DNA of 64,000 nt from a virus: the IMG/VR virus record IMGVR_UViG_3300025133_000032; one strand, written 5' to 3'. The position numbers and the translations under genes were made by a program. Within the stretch, counting starts at the first letter, position 1. Every line of letters starts with the position of its first letter. The notes beneath the pieces were generated by a model. The model did not search any database, was not told where the DNA came from, and saw only the letters and a program-made list of their open reading frames with translations. Shown here piece by piece: positions 10,491-19,547 of the stretch.

Positions 10491-11120
10491 ATGAAACCGC
10501 TTAATGAATTTATTAGTTACGTGTTAAGTGAGCGCAAGAGAACCTTTACATTTAATGCCTTCAGACATTTGACTGATCTTGGTGAGATGCTGCGTTATCT
10601 TGATGCCACCTTACGAATGCAGCAAGCAGGTGTAGGGTCATCCAGGAGAGCATACAGAATTAATAGCAGAAAGGTTATAAAAATAGCTATGAACTCTCAG
10701 GGAATCGCGCAAAACAAAGCAGAGATAGAAACATACACAGACCCAGAAGCGAAACCACTCATGGCAAAAATCTTTGATTATCATGATAAATTTTTGTGGC
10801 TGGAAGTTGAGCACTTGCAAAAAGTTGACAATAAAACATTTAAGATGGATACTGGCATTTACTTTTATGATTTTTGTGACTGCATTTCTGGCGTGCTTTT
10901 AGATAATGAGCCAATTGAGAGTGTTATCGGTGACATAGATGATAAAAGAGCCATTAAGCTGATAAAAGATACTATTGGGTTTGCCAGATCAACCGGTACT
11001 GTTGTTAATGATCTATTGGCCGGAGAGCAATGGGGTAAGACTGCAGACGGGCGCTACGTAGTTCTGGATTATGGGTTTAATAAAGAAGTAGCGCATTTAT
11101 ACGGCTTCACGCAGTTCTAG
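10491..11120 (+). CDS. Protein-kinase-like protein with N-terminal leader
   Basis: GVGSSR Gly loop, VIKIA lysine, QNKAE, DLLAGEQWG catalytic-loop variant and VLDYG. Start placed at 10491, behind ATAATTAT. Confidence 0.7.
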   Translation: MKPLNEFISYVLSERKRTFTFNAFRHLTDLGEMLRYLDATLRMQQAGVGSSRRAYRINSRKVIKIAMNSQGIAQNKAEIETYTDPEAKPLMAKIFDYHDKFLWLEVEHLQKVDNKTFKMDTGIYFYDFCDCISGVLLDNEPIESVIGDIDDKRAIKLIKDTIGFARSTGTVVNDLLAGEQWGKTADGRYVVLDYGFNKEVAHLYGFTQF

Positions 11121-12527
11121 CTATTTAGCAACCCAAACTTGAGGGCCACCGACACATTTGCCTCTGTTTATAATGGTGCCCTGACAAACGCACACAGCTT
11201 CCAATGGCTCACCTTTTAAGGGAGCATTATTTACAATTCGTGAGCCAACCAAAGATGATGCACATGATTTTCCAACTCTAATTTTGCCCCAACATTTTTC
11301 TATTGTAGCATTGGGCTTACTTTCGTAAATACACCCTTGCATCCCAACCCAAGCTCGATTAGGTGTCAACTTTGTTCCATGGCTCGTTTGTGATCTATGT
11401 GTTGTCATAGACAGATCAGAACCTGACAATTGACCAACACGCCAGCCGAAGACTCCAAACTCTGGTTTCCATCCCATATCAACAAGCTGCCTGCCACTAC
11501 TGAATGCGAATGGGGTATCTCTATGTAATCCGAGCAGACCCGTTCCATCTGCATATCGTATACTACCTTTAAGATGATGACCACGAAGTTGTACGACGGA
11601 ATCATCACCTGCATTTTGTATATTACCTCCGATGACAGTAATATTACCACCAAGAAATGAACCGACTGCTGATCCTTCTTGGTATGGGTTAATGATAGCA
11701 GATGGTGCATTGTTATTGCCAACGCTGATTATATACGACGGAAACTCTTTTTTTGTCTTTGTATTCCACACATATGCAACTTGTGGAGAGATAATCGTAT
11801 TGCCCAAAAAGCTCTGTTCTTTCCATCCCCAGCAATCTGTTACAGCTTTTTCGCAAACGTTACTGATATCGACATGTTCAAAGTGACCAGCATTTGCATC
11901 AGCACCACGGACATACAATCCCCATGATGCCATATTACGAATTTGTACTGAGGAGAGATAGACACCATTGGCATTGCCTTGTGGGTATGTTGCCTCAATT
12001 CTGAGGCCCATACTATACCATCTTATCTCGACATCGCGTAACGCGATTCTTGCAGACGCAGTAATGCCTGTTGCACCTTGTGATTTAGAAGTTCCCCATA
12101 CCGACAGCTTTTCTAGTGTTGCATCGCCCTTAAACCCTCTAGGCATTGGGCTTGCACACGCAGGATCGGTTTCTTTTCCACCAGCACATACACGAGTCGT
12201 GATACCTCTATCTATCTCAAGAATACTGCAGCTTGTGCCGCACCCAATGATGTAATGCCCTCTATAAAGAATAAGTTCTTGTAATCTGTATACGTTATTT
12301 CCAAGCTTTATTTCGCCGACCCTGTATAGATCTCTACGAGATGATGAGGGTTCTATAGAGCGGAATGCACGATCAAAAACATCATCCCAATATTCACCAG
12401 AGTTTGGGCATTGCTTTACTACAGAGCCATCATCTTTTTTAATAGAATTACAAAAATTTTCTACTTCAACAGCAAAAGCTGGAGCAGAAAATAACATCAT
12501 TATAAGCAGGAACAAGACATTCTTCAT
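11121..12527 (-). CDS. Secreted Cys-rich pectate-lyase-like beta-helix protein
   Basis: Sec signal peptide MKNVLFLLIMMLFSAPAFA; beta-helix-like periodicity; many Cys residues. Confidence 0.6.
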   Translation of the reverse strand: MKNVLFLLIMMLFSAPAFAVEVENFCNSIKKDDGSVVKQCPNSGEYWDDVFDRAFRSIEPSSSRRDLYRVGEIKLGNNVYRLQELILYRGHYIIGCGTSCSILEIDRGITTRVCAGGKETDPACASPMPRGFKGDATLEKLSVWGTSKSQGATGITASARIALRDVEIRWYSMGLRIEATYPQGNANGVYLSSVQIRNMASWGLYVRGADANAGHFEHVDISNVCEKAVTDCWGWKEQSFLGNTIISPQVAYVWNTKTKKEFPSYIISVGNNNAPSAIINPYQEGSAVGSFLGGNITVIGGNIQNAGDDSVVQLRGHHLKGSIRYADGTGLLGLHRDTPFAFSSGRQLVDMGWKPEFGVFGWRVGQLSGSDLSMTTHRSQTSHGTKLTPNRAWVGMQGCIYESKPNATIEKCWGKIRVGKSCASSLVGSRIVNNAPLKGEPLEAVCVCQGTIINRGKCVGGPQVWVAK

Positions 12528-12552
12528 GCAAATAAATATGAAGAATGTCTTG
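12513..12552 (-). promoter_or_regulatory. 15-bp perfect inverted repeat covering the start codon of the beta-helix gene
   Basis: caagacattcttcat-N10-atgaagaatgtcttg; the ATG at 12527 lies in the stem and ATATTTAT overlaps the loop. Confidence 0.7.
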
Positions 12553-12567
12553 CTTTATTAAGAATTA

Positions 12568-13980
12568 TTATTTCAATCTAGCACGTTGACGAACGTCAGC
12601 GAGTGTTTGATCACTCATTAATTTTCCATCTCTAAAAACGACATTTAACATGTCAACAGCATCCGGAATCTGTAAATCATCAGTTACCGTCATATACTCT
12701 GATCCATTCGTTGGTGTAACGAATGATGGGTGTGACAATAATCTAAGGCGACCCTTTTTACTATTTTTCGAGGGCATTGTCGCCGGCCTTTTAAAAACAT
12801 CACGCTGCTGCCCATTTACGACGGCACTTGAGCACTTAAATGCAAATTGACATGTGTCTCTATTACAATCTTGTAACAAGCCGCCGCCAGAACCAAAGAC
12901 AACATTATCGAGACTATACCCTGCTTCTAGTACGGCATCAATAATTTCACTTAAGGTGCGACGATTGATGCCATCGCCCTGAATCACTCTTACTTGTGGT
13001 GGTAACATACGGTAACCTTTGTCATTGTAAGCACCCCCAAATTCAGTGTCTAAAATCCTTAGGAGGGCAGGTACGACCTTTCTGGGATCACCTGAATCTG
13101 GTCGAATGACCACCGTACCATCTCTTGCCAAGACAGCTTCCTTTAATTCTCTACCCCAAAGCCTTTTTGTCGCTTCGTATATATCCCAAGAATCAGACAC
13201 AACAGCTACTGGCCCAGTAGGAAATTGTTCTAACATATTTTTATATGCTTCTAACTCACTGGCCTCGCCCCAGCTCGTAATAGTTGAGTGCTCGGCGGCG
13301 GGAATACTAACCCCTGCCATATTATGGCCGTAGTACTCTCGTAAGAACTGGATTGCCGGAAGAGTATCTGATCCACTGAAGTTCACTAGATGTGCTGCGC
13401 CACCCATAGCTGCAGATTCCATAGATGTTGAACCTCTGCAACCAAAATCATGCAACTTATACTGTAGGCCAAGCAGATCGTCAGCAGAACGCTTAAGCCC
13501 ACTCTTAATAGCTTTCTTCATTTCCCTTGAAATGGTCGCGACCGTTGATGTATACCAGCATTGAACTAACAATGTCTCAACGTAATTGGTCAACCACCAA
13601 CACTGTGGATCTGTATTCTCCACAGTCATCATTACATTTCTTGGCTTGATTGGCATTCCCTCAGGAACTGCCTTAATTTCAATTGGCAGCCGGCCATCAT
13701 GCTTTTCTAGGATATATTCCCAGCCCTTTCTATAGAACATGTCTGAGTTGCCAAAATGATCAGCAAAGTATATTGAAGCTTCATTGATCTTTTCTTGTGT
13801 TACAACTTGACCAGCAAGATATCTCTTGATTAAATACTGTAAGCCGAAGAATACAACTTCTTCAAACTCGCCGCCCCTAGATTCAAAATAAGAATATATA
13901 TTTGATGTATTAGGAGGATATTGTTTAGCGTGTGATGCTTTGTATGAATCAGAAAGTAGGATAATATTGTCGTTGATCAT
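12568..13980 (-). CDS. nadV: Nicotinamide phosphoribosyltransferase (NAMPT)
   Basis: SDSYKASH, YFESRGG, LHDFGCRG, SIPAAEHS, VVIRPDSGDP, VIQGDG and GSGGGLLQ motifs. Confidence 0.95.
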   Translation of the reverse strand: MINDNIILLSDSYKASHAKQYPPNTSNIYSYFESRGGEFEEVVFFGLQYLIKRYLAGQVVTQEKINEASIYFADHFGNSDMFYRKGWEYILEKHDGRLPIEIKAVPEGMPIKPRNVMMTVENTDPQCWWLTNYVETLLVQCWYTSTVATISREMKKAIKSGLKRSADDLLGLQYKLHDFGCRGSTSMESAAMGGAAHLVNFSGSDTLPAIQFLREYYGHNMAGVSIPAAEHSTITSWGEASELEAYKNMLEQFPTGPVAVVSDSWDIYEATKRLWGRELKEAVLARDGTVVIRPDSGDPRKVVPALLRILDTEFGGAYNDKGYRMLPPQVRVIQGDGINRRTLSEIIDAVLEAGYSLDNVVFGSGGGLLQDCNRDTCQFAFKCSSAVVNGQQRDVFKRPATMPSKNSKKGRLRLLSHPSFVTPTNGSEYMTVTDDLQIPDAVDMLNVVFRDGKLMSDQTLADVRQRARLK

Positions 13981-14876
13981 GGTAGGTATTCCTTTTTTAG
14001 AAAGTTGATAAGAGGTCTATGGCCCGGCATTATGCCTTCATGCGCTTTACGTAATTCGAACCATTTAACTTCACACAGATCATCACCAGCAACAGCTTCT
14101 GTATCATCTATTCTAACAGCAAAGAGTGATGTTAGTAACCCTATTTCGCCGGCTTGCTTCATCCTCCAATCACCAACGGGCGTACTCATAAGGTATTTAA
14201 AATCATCTTTAATAATATCAATTCCAGTTTCTTCTCTCAATTCTTTAGAAGCTTCACATTCAAGTGTTCTACCTTTATCAACCATTCCACCTGGCAAACG
14301 CCATTTTACTTCATTATTTTTTCTACCCAGGAGAACCATCATACCACTTGATCGAACTGTCAAGACTGCTATATCTACGCACATTTTGACATAAGGCCAT
14401 GAATTTTGCGTTGAGTAAATTATTCCAGCTCTAAAGTCTGGAGAATTTCTTACAACTTTGCCTAAGTCCTCGCGTTGTTCTGTACCACTATGGTACCTTA
14501 TCGCTGATTCTACCTTTACTGTAGTAAACCTCCCTTTGTAGTGAGATTGAAATGAATCTCTTCCACCATATAGCATGGCTTTTGATATATTGGGAATGAC
14601 AGCAGTAACAGCTGAATCTAGTTGATCGCTCCATACCTCATCTGACTGTTTGTCGTGTAAAGGTAAGAGAATAGCATCTGGATACTCAGATTGAATTGCT
14701 CTTGCCCTTGTTTGGTAATCTAAAGGATCATGCTTTGTCCCTTGGATTGGTGATACACCAATAAAAATTACTACTTTTCTATGATTTTCAAATGCCTTGT
14801 TTATAAGGAATCTGTGTCCCTCATGTAAGGACTCTACTTGGAAGCGCCCAACTATGACGCCAACATCTACACTCAT
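13977..14876 (-). CDS. nadM: Bifunctional NMN adenylyltransferase / Nudix hydrolase (NadM-Nudix, NatV-like)
   Basis: GRFQ..LHEGH (HxGH) and SGTEQR motifs; Nudix box GGMVDKGRTLECEASKELREETG; overlaps the NAMPT start. Confidence 0.9.
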   Translation of the reverse strand: MSVDVGVIVGRFQVESLHEGHRFLINKAFENHRKVVIFIGVSPIQGTKHDPLDYQTRARAIQSEYPDAILLPLHDKQSDEVWSDQLDSAVTAVIPNISKAMLYGGRDSFQSHYKGRFTTVKVESAIRYHSGTEQREDLGKVVRNSPDFRAGIIYSTQNSWPYVKMCVDIAVLTVRSSGMMVLLGRKNNEVKWRLPGGMVDKGRTLECEASKELREETGIDIIKDDFKYLMSTPVGDWRMKQAGEIGLLTSLFAVRIDDTEAVAGDDLCEVKWFELRKAHEGIMPGHRPLINFLKKEYLP

Positions 14877-14988
14877 TTTACTTCTCCAACCTACTTAATT
14901 GGGTCTACATCGTGTAGGCCAATTTTTTGAGGTTAATTAAATTATTTTGTTAAATTATAATAACACTATCATTATAATTTGTTCAACG

Positions 14989-15648
14989 TTATTTTTCACA
15001 AGGAAAAAATAGTTCTTCTGCTTTTGATAGATGCGCTGGTATTAGCAACTTGAATGCACCCAATGCATCAGAATCCGTCGCTACGATATTGTCCCAAGTA
15101 TAAGAGCTATCATCATATCCATAAGTGAATGTTACAGGCATTACTCCAGGATCCGAAAACTTCGCAGTCGGAGCTTTCTTATTGACCTTAACTAACTTCG
15201 TTAAAAACTCTTTGTCAAATGCTTCCCTTATAGTGTTATAAATAATATGTGTCCCAGGAAATGTCTGCCTACTAGAAATGCTAGTAAGTGATGACATTGA
15301 CATAGGGATTTCTTTATCTTTTAGATGATCAGTACCTGCCATAACGTTCATCCGCATTTTAGCATTGTCACCCAAAAGTAAACCTTCAGTTGGTGAAATC
15401 TTCGCTGTATTTGCTGTATTTAGTTCAGTATATAGCTTGGACCCACAAACAACAGAATCGACGAACTTCAATGAGACTACTGTAATTTTATTTTTAATAT
15501 CAGATGATAGATTACAGATTGCAGTCTCGATGTCATTAATCAATTCAGTGTTAATAACTTCATGACAAGAAGCAAGTTTAAATTTAAATTTCTTTGTGTT
15601 CTGTGTACCTACTATTTTCCAGATGTGTGTTTTATTTACTTTGTTCAT
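14989..15648 (-). CDS. Hypothetical protein (219 aa)
   Basis: Long ORF co-oriented with its neighbours; no recognisable motif. Confidence 0.6.
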   Translation of the reverse strand: MNKVNKTHIWKIVGTQNTKKFKFKLASCHEVINTELINDIETAICNLSSDIKNKITVVSLKFVDSVVCGSKLYTELNTANTAKISPTEGLLLGDNAKMRMNVMAGTDHLKDKEIPMSMSSLTSISSRQTFPGTHIIYNTIREAFDKEFLTKLVKVNKKAPTAKFSDPGVMPVTFTYGYDDSSYTWDNIVATDSDALGAFKLLIPAHLSKAEELFFPCEK

Positions 15649-15800
15649 TTTACATTCTAAATAATATATTTTTTTGTAAAAATGAATAAAAACGTAATAT
15701 ATTAATAATACATTAATGCCATATAAATTAGAGTTTATAATAACACGGGATTCTAATCTTCAAATCTTTATGCGCGATGATTGTAAGATTATAACTGAGA

Positions 15801-16205
15801 TTGACTATGTTACTGGCAAAATCGATAGTATTATGTACGAAAAATATTGACTCAGCCGATAACTTTGGTTACTACAAGCTGCATCGTGAAGATGGACCTG
15901 CCATCGTAGCTTTTTATAATAATGGCAATGTATGGTACGAAAAGTATTTTGAAAATGGTCATTTGCACCGAGTTGATGGCCCAGCTGAAGTCAGTTATTA
16001 TGATACTGGCGTCAAAGCGACAGAACTCTACTGCCAGAAAGGCCACATGCATCGAGAAGATGGTCCCTCAAAGACATATTTTACCGATGGCAATTCTGAA
16101 ACCATTCTGTGTTACGCTATTGACGGGACAGACTATACAGTTAGTGCTTATAGACTCTATCTTCTTATGAGAGAAGATTTTAACTCTTTAAAAGAGACTT
16201 ATTAA
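15801..16205 (+). CDS. HRxDGPA-repeat (MORN-variant/YwqK-like) protein
   Basis: LHREDGPA, LHRVDGPA and MHREDGPS repeats. Confidence 0.75.
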   Translation: MTMLLAKSIVLCTKNIDSADNFGYYKLHREDGPAIVAFYNNGNVWYEKYFENGHLHRVDGPAEVSYYDTGVKATELYCQKGHMHREDGPSKTYFTDGNSETILCYAIDGTDYTVSAYRLYLLMREDFNSLKETY

Positions 16206-16420
16206 TGAAAATTGAATGTGCAGACATAAAATTAGGTGATATAATTGAGGTGCCAATCTATGGGAATGGTGGCTTGAAGGACACTAGGTGTTACGTTCTA
16301 AGTATTGAGCCACAAATAAGCGGTTTACTTCGACTGCTATTACTCACAATGAGTGACAATAAGGTATACGGAAGGCTAGGGCATGCGACAACACCCATAA
16401 CGCTCATTTGTCGTCTTTGA
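16205..16420 (+). CDS. Small hypothetical protein, SH3/KOW-like
   Basis: Coupled to the upstream gene (TAATG); IKLGDIIEV start. Confidence 0.55.
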   Translation: MKIECADIKLGDIIEVPIYGNGGLKDTRCYVLSIEPQISGLLRLLLLTMSDNKVYGRLGHATTPITLICRL

Positions 16421-16455
16421 AATTAGAACTAGTCATCTTATGCCGATGAATTTAA

Positions 16456-18090
16456 TTATGTATACTCGACAACAAGGTTTGGGCACCCATAAATTTTGAC
16501 AACACCATTAGCAGCAGCAACATCTTTTTCACTTATTCCATTTGTTGCTCTGAACTTGAATCTGTCATATCTATTAGTAAAGTCTGTCCACCAAAATCGT
16601 GGTTTTGTTTTTGCTACTATTTTATAACCTGCAGCTTTATACCCTTTCCCATTTCCGTATCTCAAATCAATATACGAGATTAACCCTACTTTTCCGTCAT
16701 TAGTAGATATTTTAAATGCACATTTTGTAAGTCTTGATAAACCTCCAACGACTGTGCAATCTTTCTTAACAGCAAACCGAGCGACTTCATAAAATTTATC
16801 ATATTTTTTGTGAAAAGCACTTCGCAAAGAAATCGCAGCCATTAATTTATCTTTATGAAATAAACCAAATGCATATTTTGCCCTTACATCTCCATCAATA
16901 TGATTATTATCAAAAAAAGCTCTGCGCTCTTTTAATTTAATTTGCTTAATATTACATTCTCTAGCCCCAATTTTAGTTGCAGACAATCCAAGTTTATACT
17001 TTAGCATACTTTCAACTATATGTCTTTTGTTCTTCCATTCATCTTCAAAAATGTGTATAAGCTGCACACCCGCAGTATTACATATGTCTGTTTTTTTCAT
17101 TGCATAATCATAATTTAAAAATCTTTCTGAGTGCCAAAATAAACCGTCGTATTCTATAGCAAGTTTTTTACCAATTAAAATGTCAACTTCTTTTGGTTTA
17201 ATTAAAGTTCTATCAGATAACGTGACATTATTTTCAAAAGATTTTATGAATTCATATAAATCAAGCTGGCCCTTCGATTCTTTTGGATTGCAATTATGAC
17301 AAACTGGTGTTGTCTCTATCGTACCTAGTGTCTTAAAGCTTGAAACATTGCAGTTTAAACATTTAAACTCAAGTTTCGTAGTGTATTTACCTCTATATAC
17401 TTCTGGTGAAGTTATTAGCTCAAATCCATGCAGTCTAGATGTACGTTGAACTAATTCTGATATCTTCATTCGGCGGCCAGCTTCTCTATGAACATACCGA
17501 TCAGAGATTTTTTTACTCATTGCTAAAACTTTCGGATCAGAAGATTTTACAAGCCCTTTATTCCACGAAGTAAGAACACCCTCCGCGTATAATCTCTTCT
17601 TTGTCTCAGATATCTTTTTTGCTGATGCTTTAGCCTTGACTGGATCTTTAATTCTCCAGTCTAGTATCTCGCCCGCCTCGGCTTTTTTTGTGTATGTTTC
17701 ACTCGTCTTCTTTGCTGACTTAAACACCCTTTCATCAGTATTCTTAGTTAAACCGTCATTCCAAACTTTATATTTTCCGTCTTTATAACCTTGCGCTCTT
17801 TTGGCTATCATTTTTGCTTGTACAGTTTTATCAGCAAAACAAGAATCAATTCTTGCATTGTGTCCACGCACGTACTTTGAAAGATAACCCTTTTTCCACC
17901 CTGCCCACTTAATCGGCTCTGAGCATTCTGAAGAACATTGACAAGTTGGAACTATCCCATCTAAATACAGATCGACATATTTTGATTCGTAATCAGAAAT
18001 TTCATGATCTGTATTTAGGTGGACAAGAAACCTTTTCTCTTGTTTATATTGTTTTGAGCAAATATAACAAACTATAGCTTTTTGTACCAT
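16456..18090 (-). CDS. Hef-like free-standing endonuclease (Zn finger, PD-(D/E)xK/Vsr-like domain, GNAT-like C-terminus)
   Basis: C2H2 N-terminus, WNKG repeats, EVDILIGKKLAIEYDGLFWH, IHIFEDEW, then YEVARFA...VGGLSRL...SYIDLRYG. Confidence 0.75.
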   Translation of the reverse strand: MVQKAIVCYICSKQYKQEKRFLVHLNTDHEISDYESKYVDLYLDGIVPTCQCSSECSEPIKWAGWKKGYLSKYVRGHNARIDSCFADKTVQAKMIAKRAQGYKDGKYKVWNDGLTKNTDERVFKSAKKTSETYTKKAEAGEILDWRIKDPVKAKASAKKISETKKRLYAEGVLTSWNKGLVKSSDPKVLAMSKKISDRYVHREAGRRMKISELVQRTSRLHGFELITSPEVYRGKYTTKLEFKCLNCNVSSFKTLGTIETTPVCHNCNPKESKGQLDLYEFIKSFENNVTLSDRTLIKPKEVDILIGKKLAIEYDGLFWHSERFLNYDYAMKKTDICNTAGVQLIHIFEDEWKNKRHIVESMLKYKLGLSATKIGARECNIKQIKLKERRAFFDNNHIDGDVRAKYAFGLFHKDKLMAAISLRSAFHKKYDKFYEVARFAVKKDCTVVGGLSRLTKCAFKISTNDGKVGLISYIDLRYGNGKGYKAAGYKIVAKTKPRFWWTDFTNRYDRFKFRATNGISEKDVAAANGVVKIYGCPNLVVEYT

Positions 18091-18095
18091 AATAT

Positions 18096-18124
18096 ATGGT
18101 ACATTTTTTTTATAAATTGTTCAA
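18096..18124 (-). promoter_or_regulatory. Sigma70-type promoter, leaderless, for the Hef-like gene
   Basis: TTGAAC-N17-TACCAT, 5 nt before the ATG. Confidence 0.55.
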
Positions 18125-18158
18125 CCCAATGCAAGCTATTATATAGATTTATAAGAAA

Positions 18159-18647
18159 TTAAAATTGGAGTACGGCGTTATCATATCTTACGACGAATGT
18201 TACCCAGCATGCTTCGTTATTTTCCATAGCTAGCTCATTATAATTAACATCTTTAGGCCAACAACCTTTGAGATCCCATAATTCCACAACCGTACCGACT
18301 GGATCTAATAATTTCAATTGCATATCTCTTTTGTAGAAATCTGCATATCCAGAACGACCAGAAACTGATTCGAAGTTCAGCCTTAGCCATTCTTCAATTT
18401 GCTGTGCACCAGATGGAGCAATAGCATCATATAATTCGCAGCTTATAGGTTGGAACTCATGCTTACCAGCAAGGTAGCGTTTGGAATTAATCCAGTCGAT
18501 TGTAATTTCTTCAAAAACACGTTGTGGGCGTGCTGTGGACTTCATAAGAAAAGCGTCAACGCCCTCGATTTGCAAGATCCATCGGAATTTTCTTTTTGGT
18601 TCGTAACGGTTTGGTAACATGTCTACGACGTCGAGTGTTTCAGCCAT
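18159..18647 (-). CDS. Tail tube protein (T4 gp19-like)
   Basis: YEPKRKFRWIL, YLAGK, LLDPVGTVVELWDLKGCWP and RYDNA motifs; downstream of the sheaths. Confidence 0.9.
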   Translation of the reverse strand: MAETLDVVDMLPNRYEPKRKFRWILQIEGVDAFLMKSTARPQRVFEEITIDWINSKRYLAGKHEFQPISCELYDAIAPSGAQQIEEWLRLNFESVSGRSGYADFYKRDMQLKLLDPVGTVVELWDLKGCWPKDVNYNELAMENNEACWVTFVVRYDNAVLQF

Positions 18648-18768
18648 TGTCTCTCCTTTTGATGATGTCTAACATCATTTCTTGTTATAAATATATCATT
18701 ACTTATTTTTCGACCAGAAATTGTTATTTTACTTTATTATAAAGCTCTTATTAAAGATATTTATTTCT

Positions 18769-19023
18769 ATGACGTCACTTCGTGTTTGCTTATTGGAAAC
18801 TCCAGAAATCTCTATCAAACATCTCATGCATCTGGACACTGGAGTGTTTATACATTATGCTATTTCATTCCCCAAAACAGAAGGCTTTTATGTCTACAAA
18901 ATCTCACCTTATATTTCTAAAAAAATAGAGACAGCGTATAGAAGACATAAATCAATCGGCAAAAAAGCTGTAGCAATTAAGAAAAATGCTCAGGGTGAAC
19001 CTTTTAAAGTTAAATCACTTTAA
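18769..19023 (+). CDS. Hypothetical protein (84 aa)
   Basis: ATG at 18769 lies 4 nt after ATATTTAT. The track's TTG start at 18721 is less likely. Confidence 0.5.
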   Translation: MTSLRVCLLETPEISIKHLMHLDTGVFIHYAISFPKTEGFYVYKISPYISKKIETAYRRHKSIGKKAVAIKKNAQGEPFKVKSL

Positions 19024-19131
19024 ATCTACAATAGTAGCTTCCGTTAGAAGCTGCGAAATAAAGTTCCGAAGAGTACCCGCAGCAAGCTGGTTTGAAATGG
19101 CGGCGCGGACATCTTTGACCCTAACAAGCAT
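19015..19131 (-). pseudogene. 38-aa N-terminal remnant of the WCTA/repeat paralog family
   Basis: MLVRVKDVRAAISNQLAAGTLRNFISQLLTEATIVDLK* aligns with the N-termini at 30492, 58887 and 61013. Confidence 0.75.
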
Positions 19132-19145
19132 TTTATTTCAAAATC

Positions 19146-19547
19146 TTAAGCGTTGACGCCAGATAATCTTTCTCTTGGCTTTTGTGGTACTTTTTTACCC
19201 TGCACGATTGGAATAACTTTTCCCTCACTTTCTTGTTTTTGTAATACAGCTAATAGTTTTCTAGATGACCATTCCAGATCGCTGTGTCTTTTTCCCCTAC
19301 CTTTAAGCACGACTGTATTTACATCATACTGGCGTATAAACTTTCTCCAATCATCCCGCTTCCATTTCTTTGAATCATCAACAAGCCCGATTCCATGGAC
19401 GGGATCAATAATACGCTGGACACCAGTTTCATCAAAAACTACATGGACTGTATCATGTGATTTAGGAGCTGGGGCATCTTGCGTCATGGCACGCATGTCC
19501 ATAGCTTCGCTTATTAAAGACCTTAATTGGCTAAATTTAATTTTCAT
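19146..19547 (-). CDS. Putative internal head protein (leader MKIKFSQLRSLISE)
   Basis: Shared N-terminal leader motif. Confidence 0.55.
   Translation of the reverse strand: MKIKFSQLRSLISEAMDMRAMTQDAPAPKSHDTVHVVFDETGVQRIIDPVHGIGLVDDSKKWKRDDWRKFIRQYDVNTVVLKGRGKRHSDLEWSSRKLLAVLQKQESEGKVIPIVQGKKVPQKPRERLSGVNA

Noticed and set aside
16456-18090. Hef-like ORFs as group I intron cargo
   Set aside because: The neighbouring tube and capsid genes are intact and there is no flanking room for a ribozyme.
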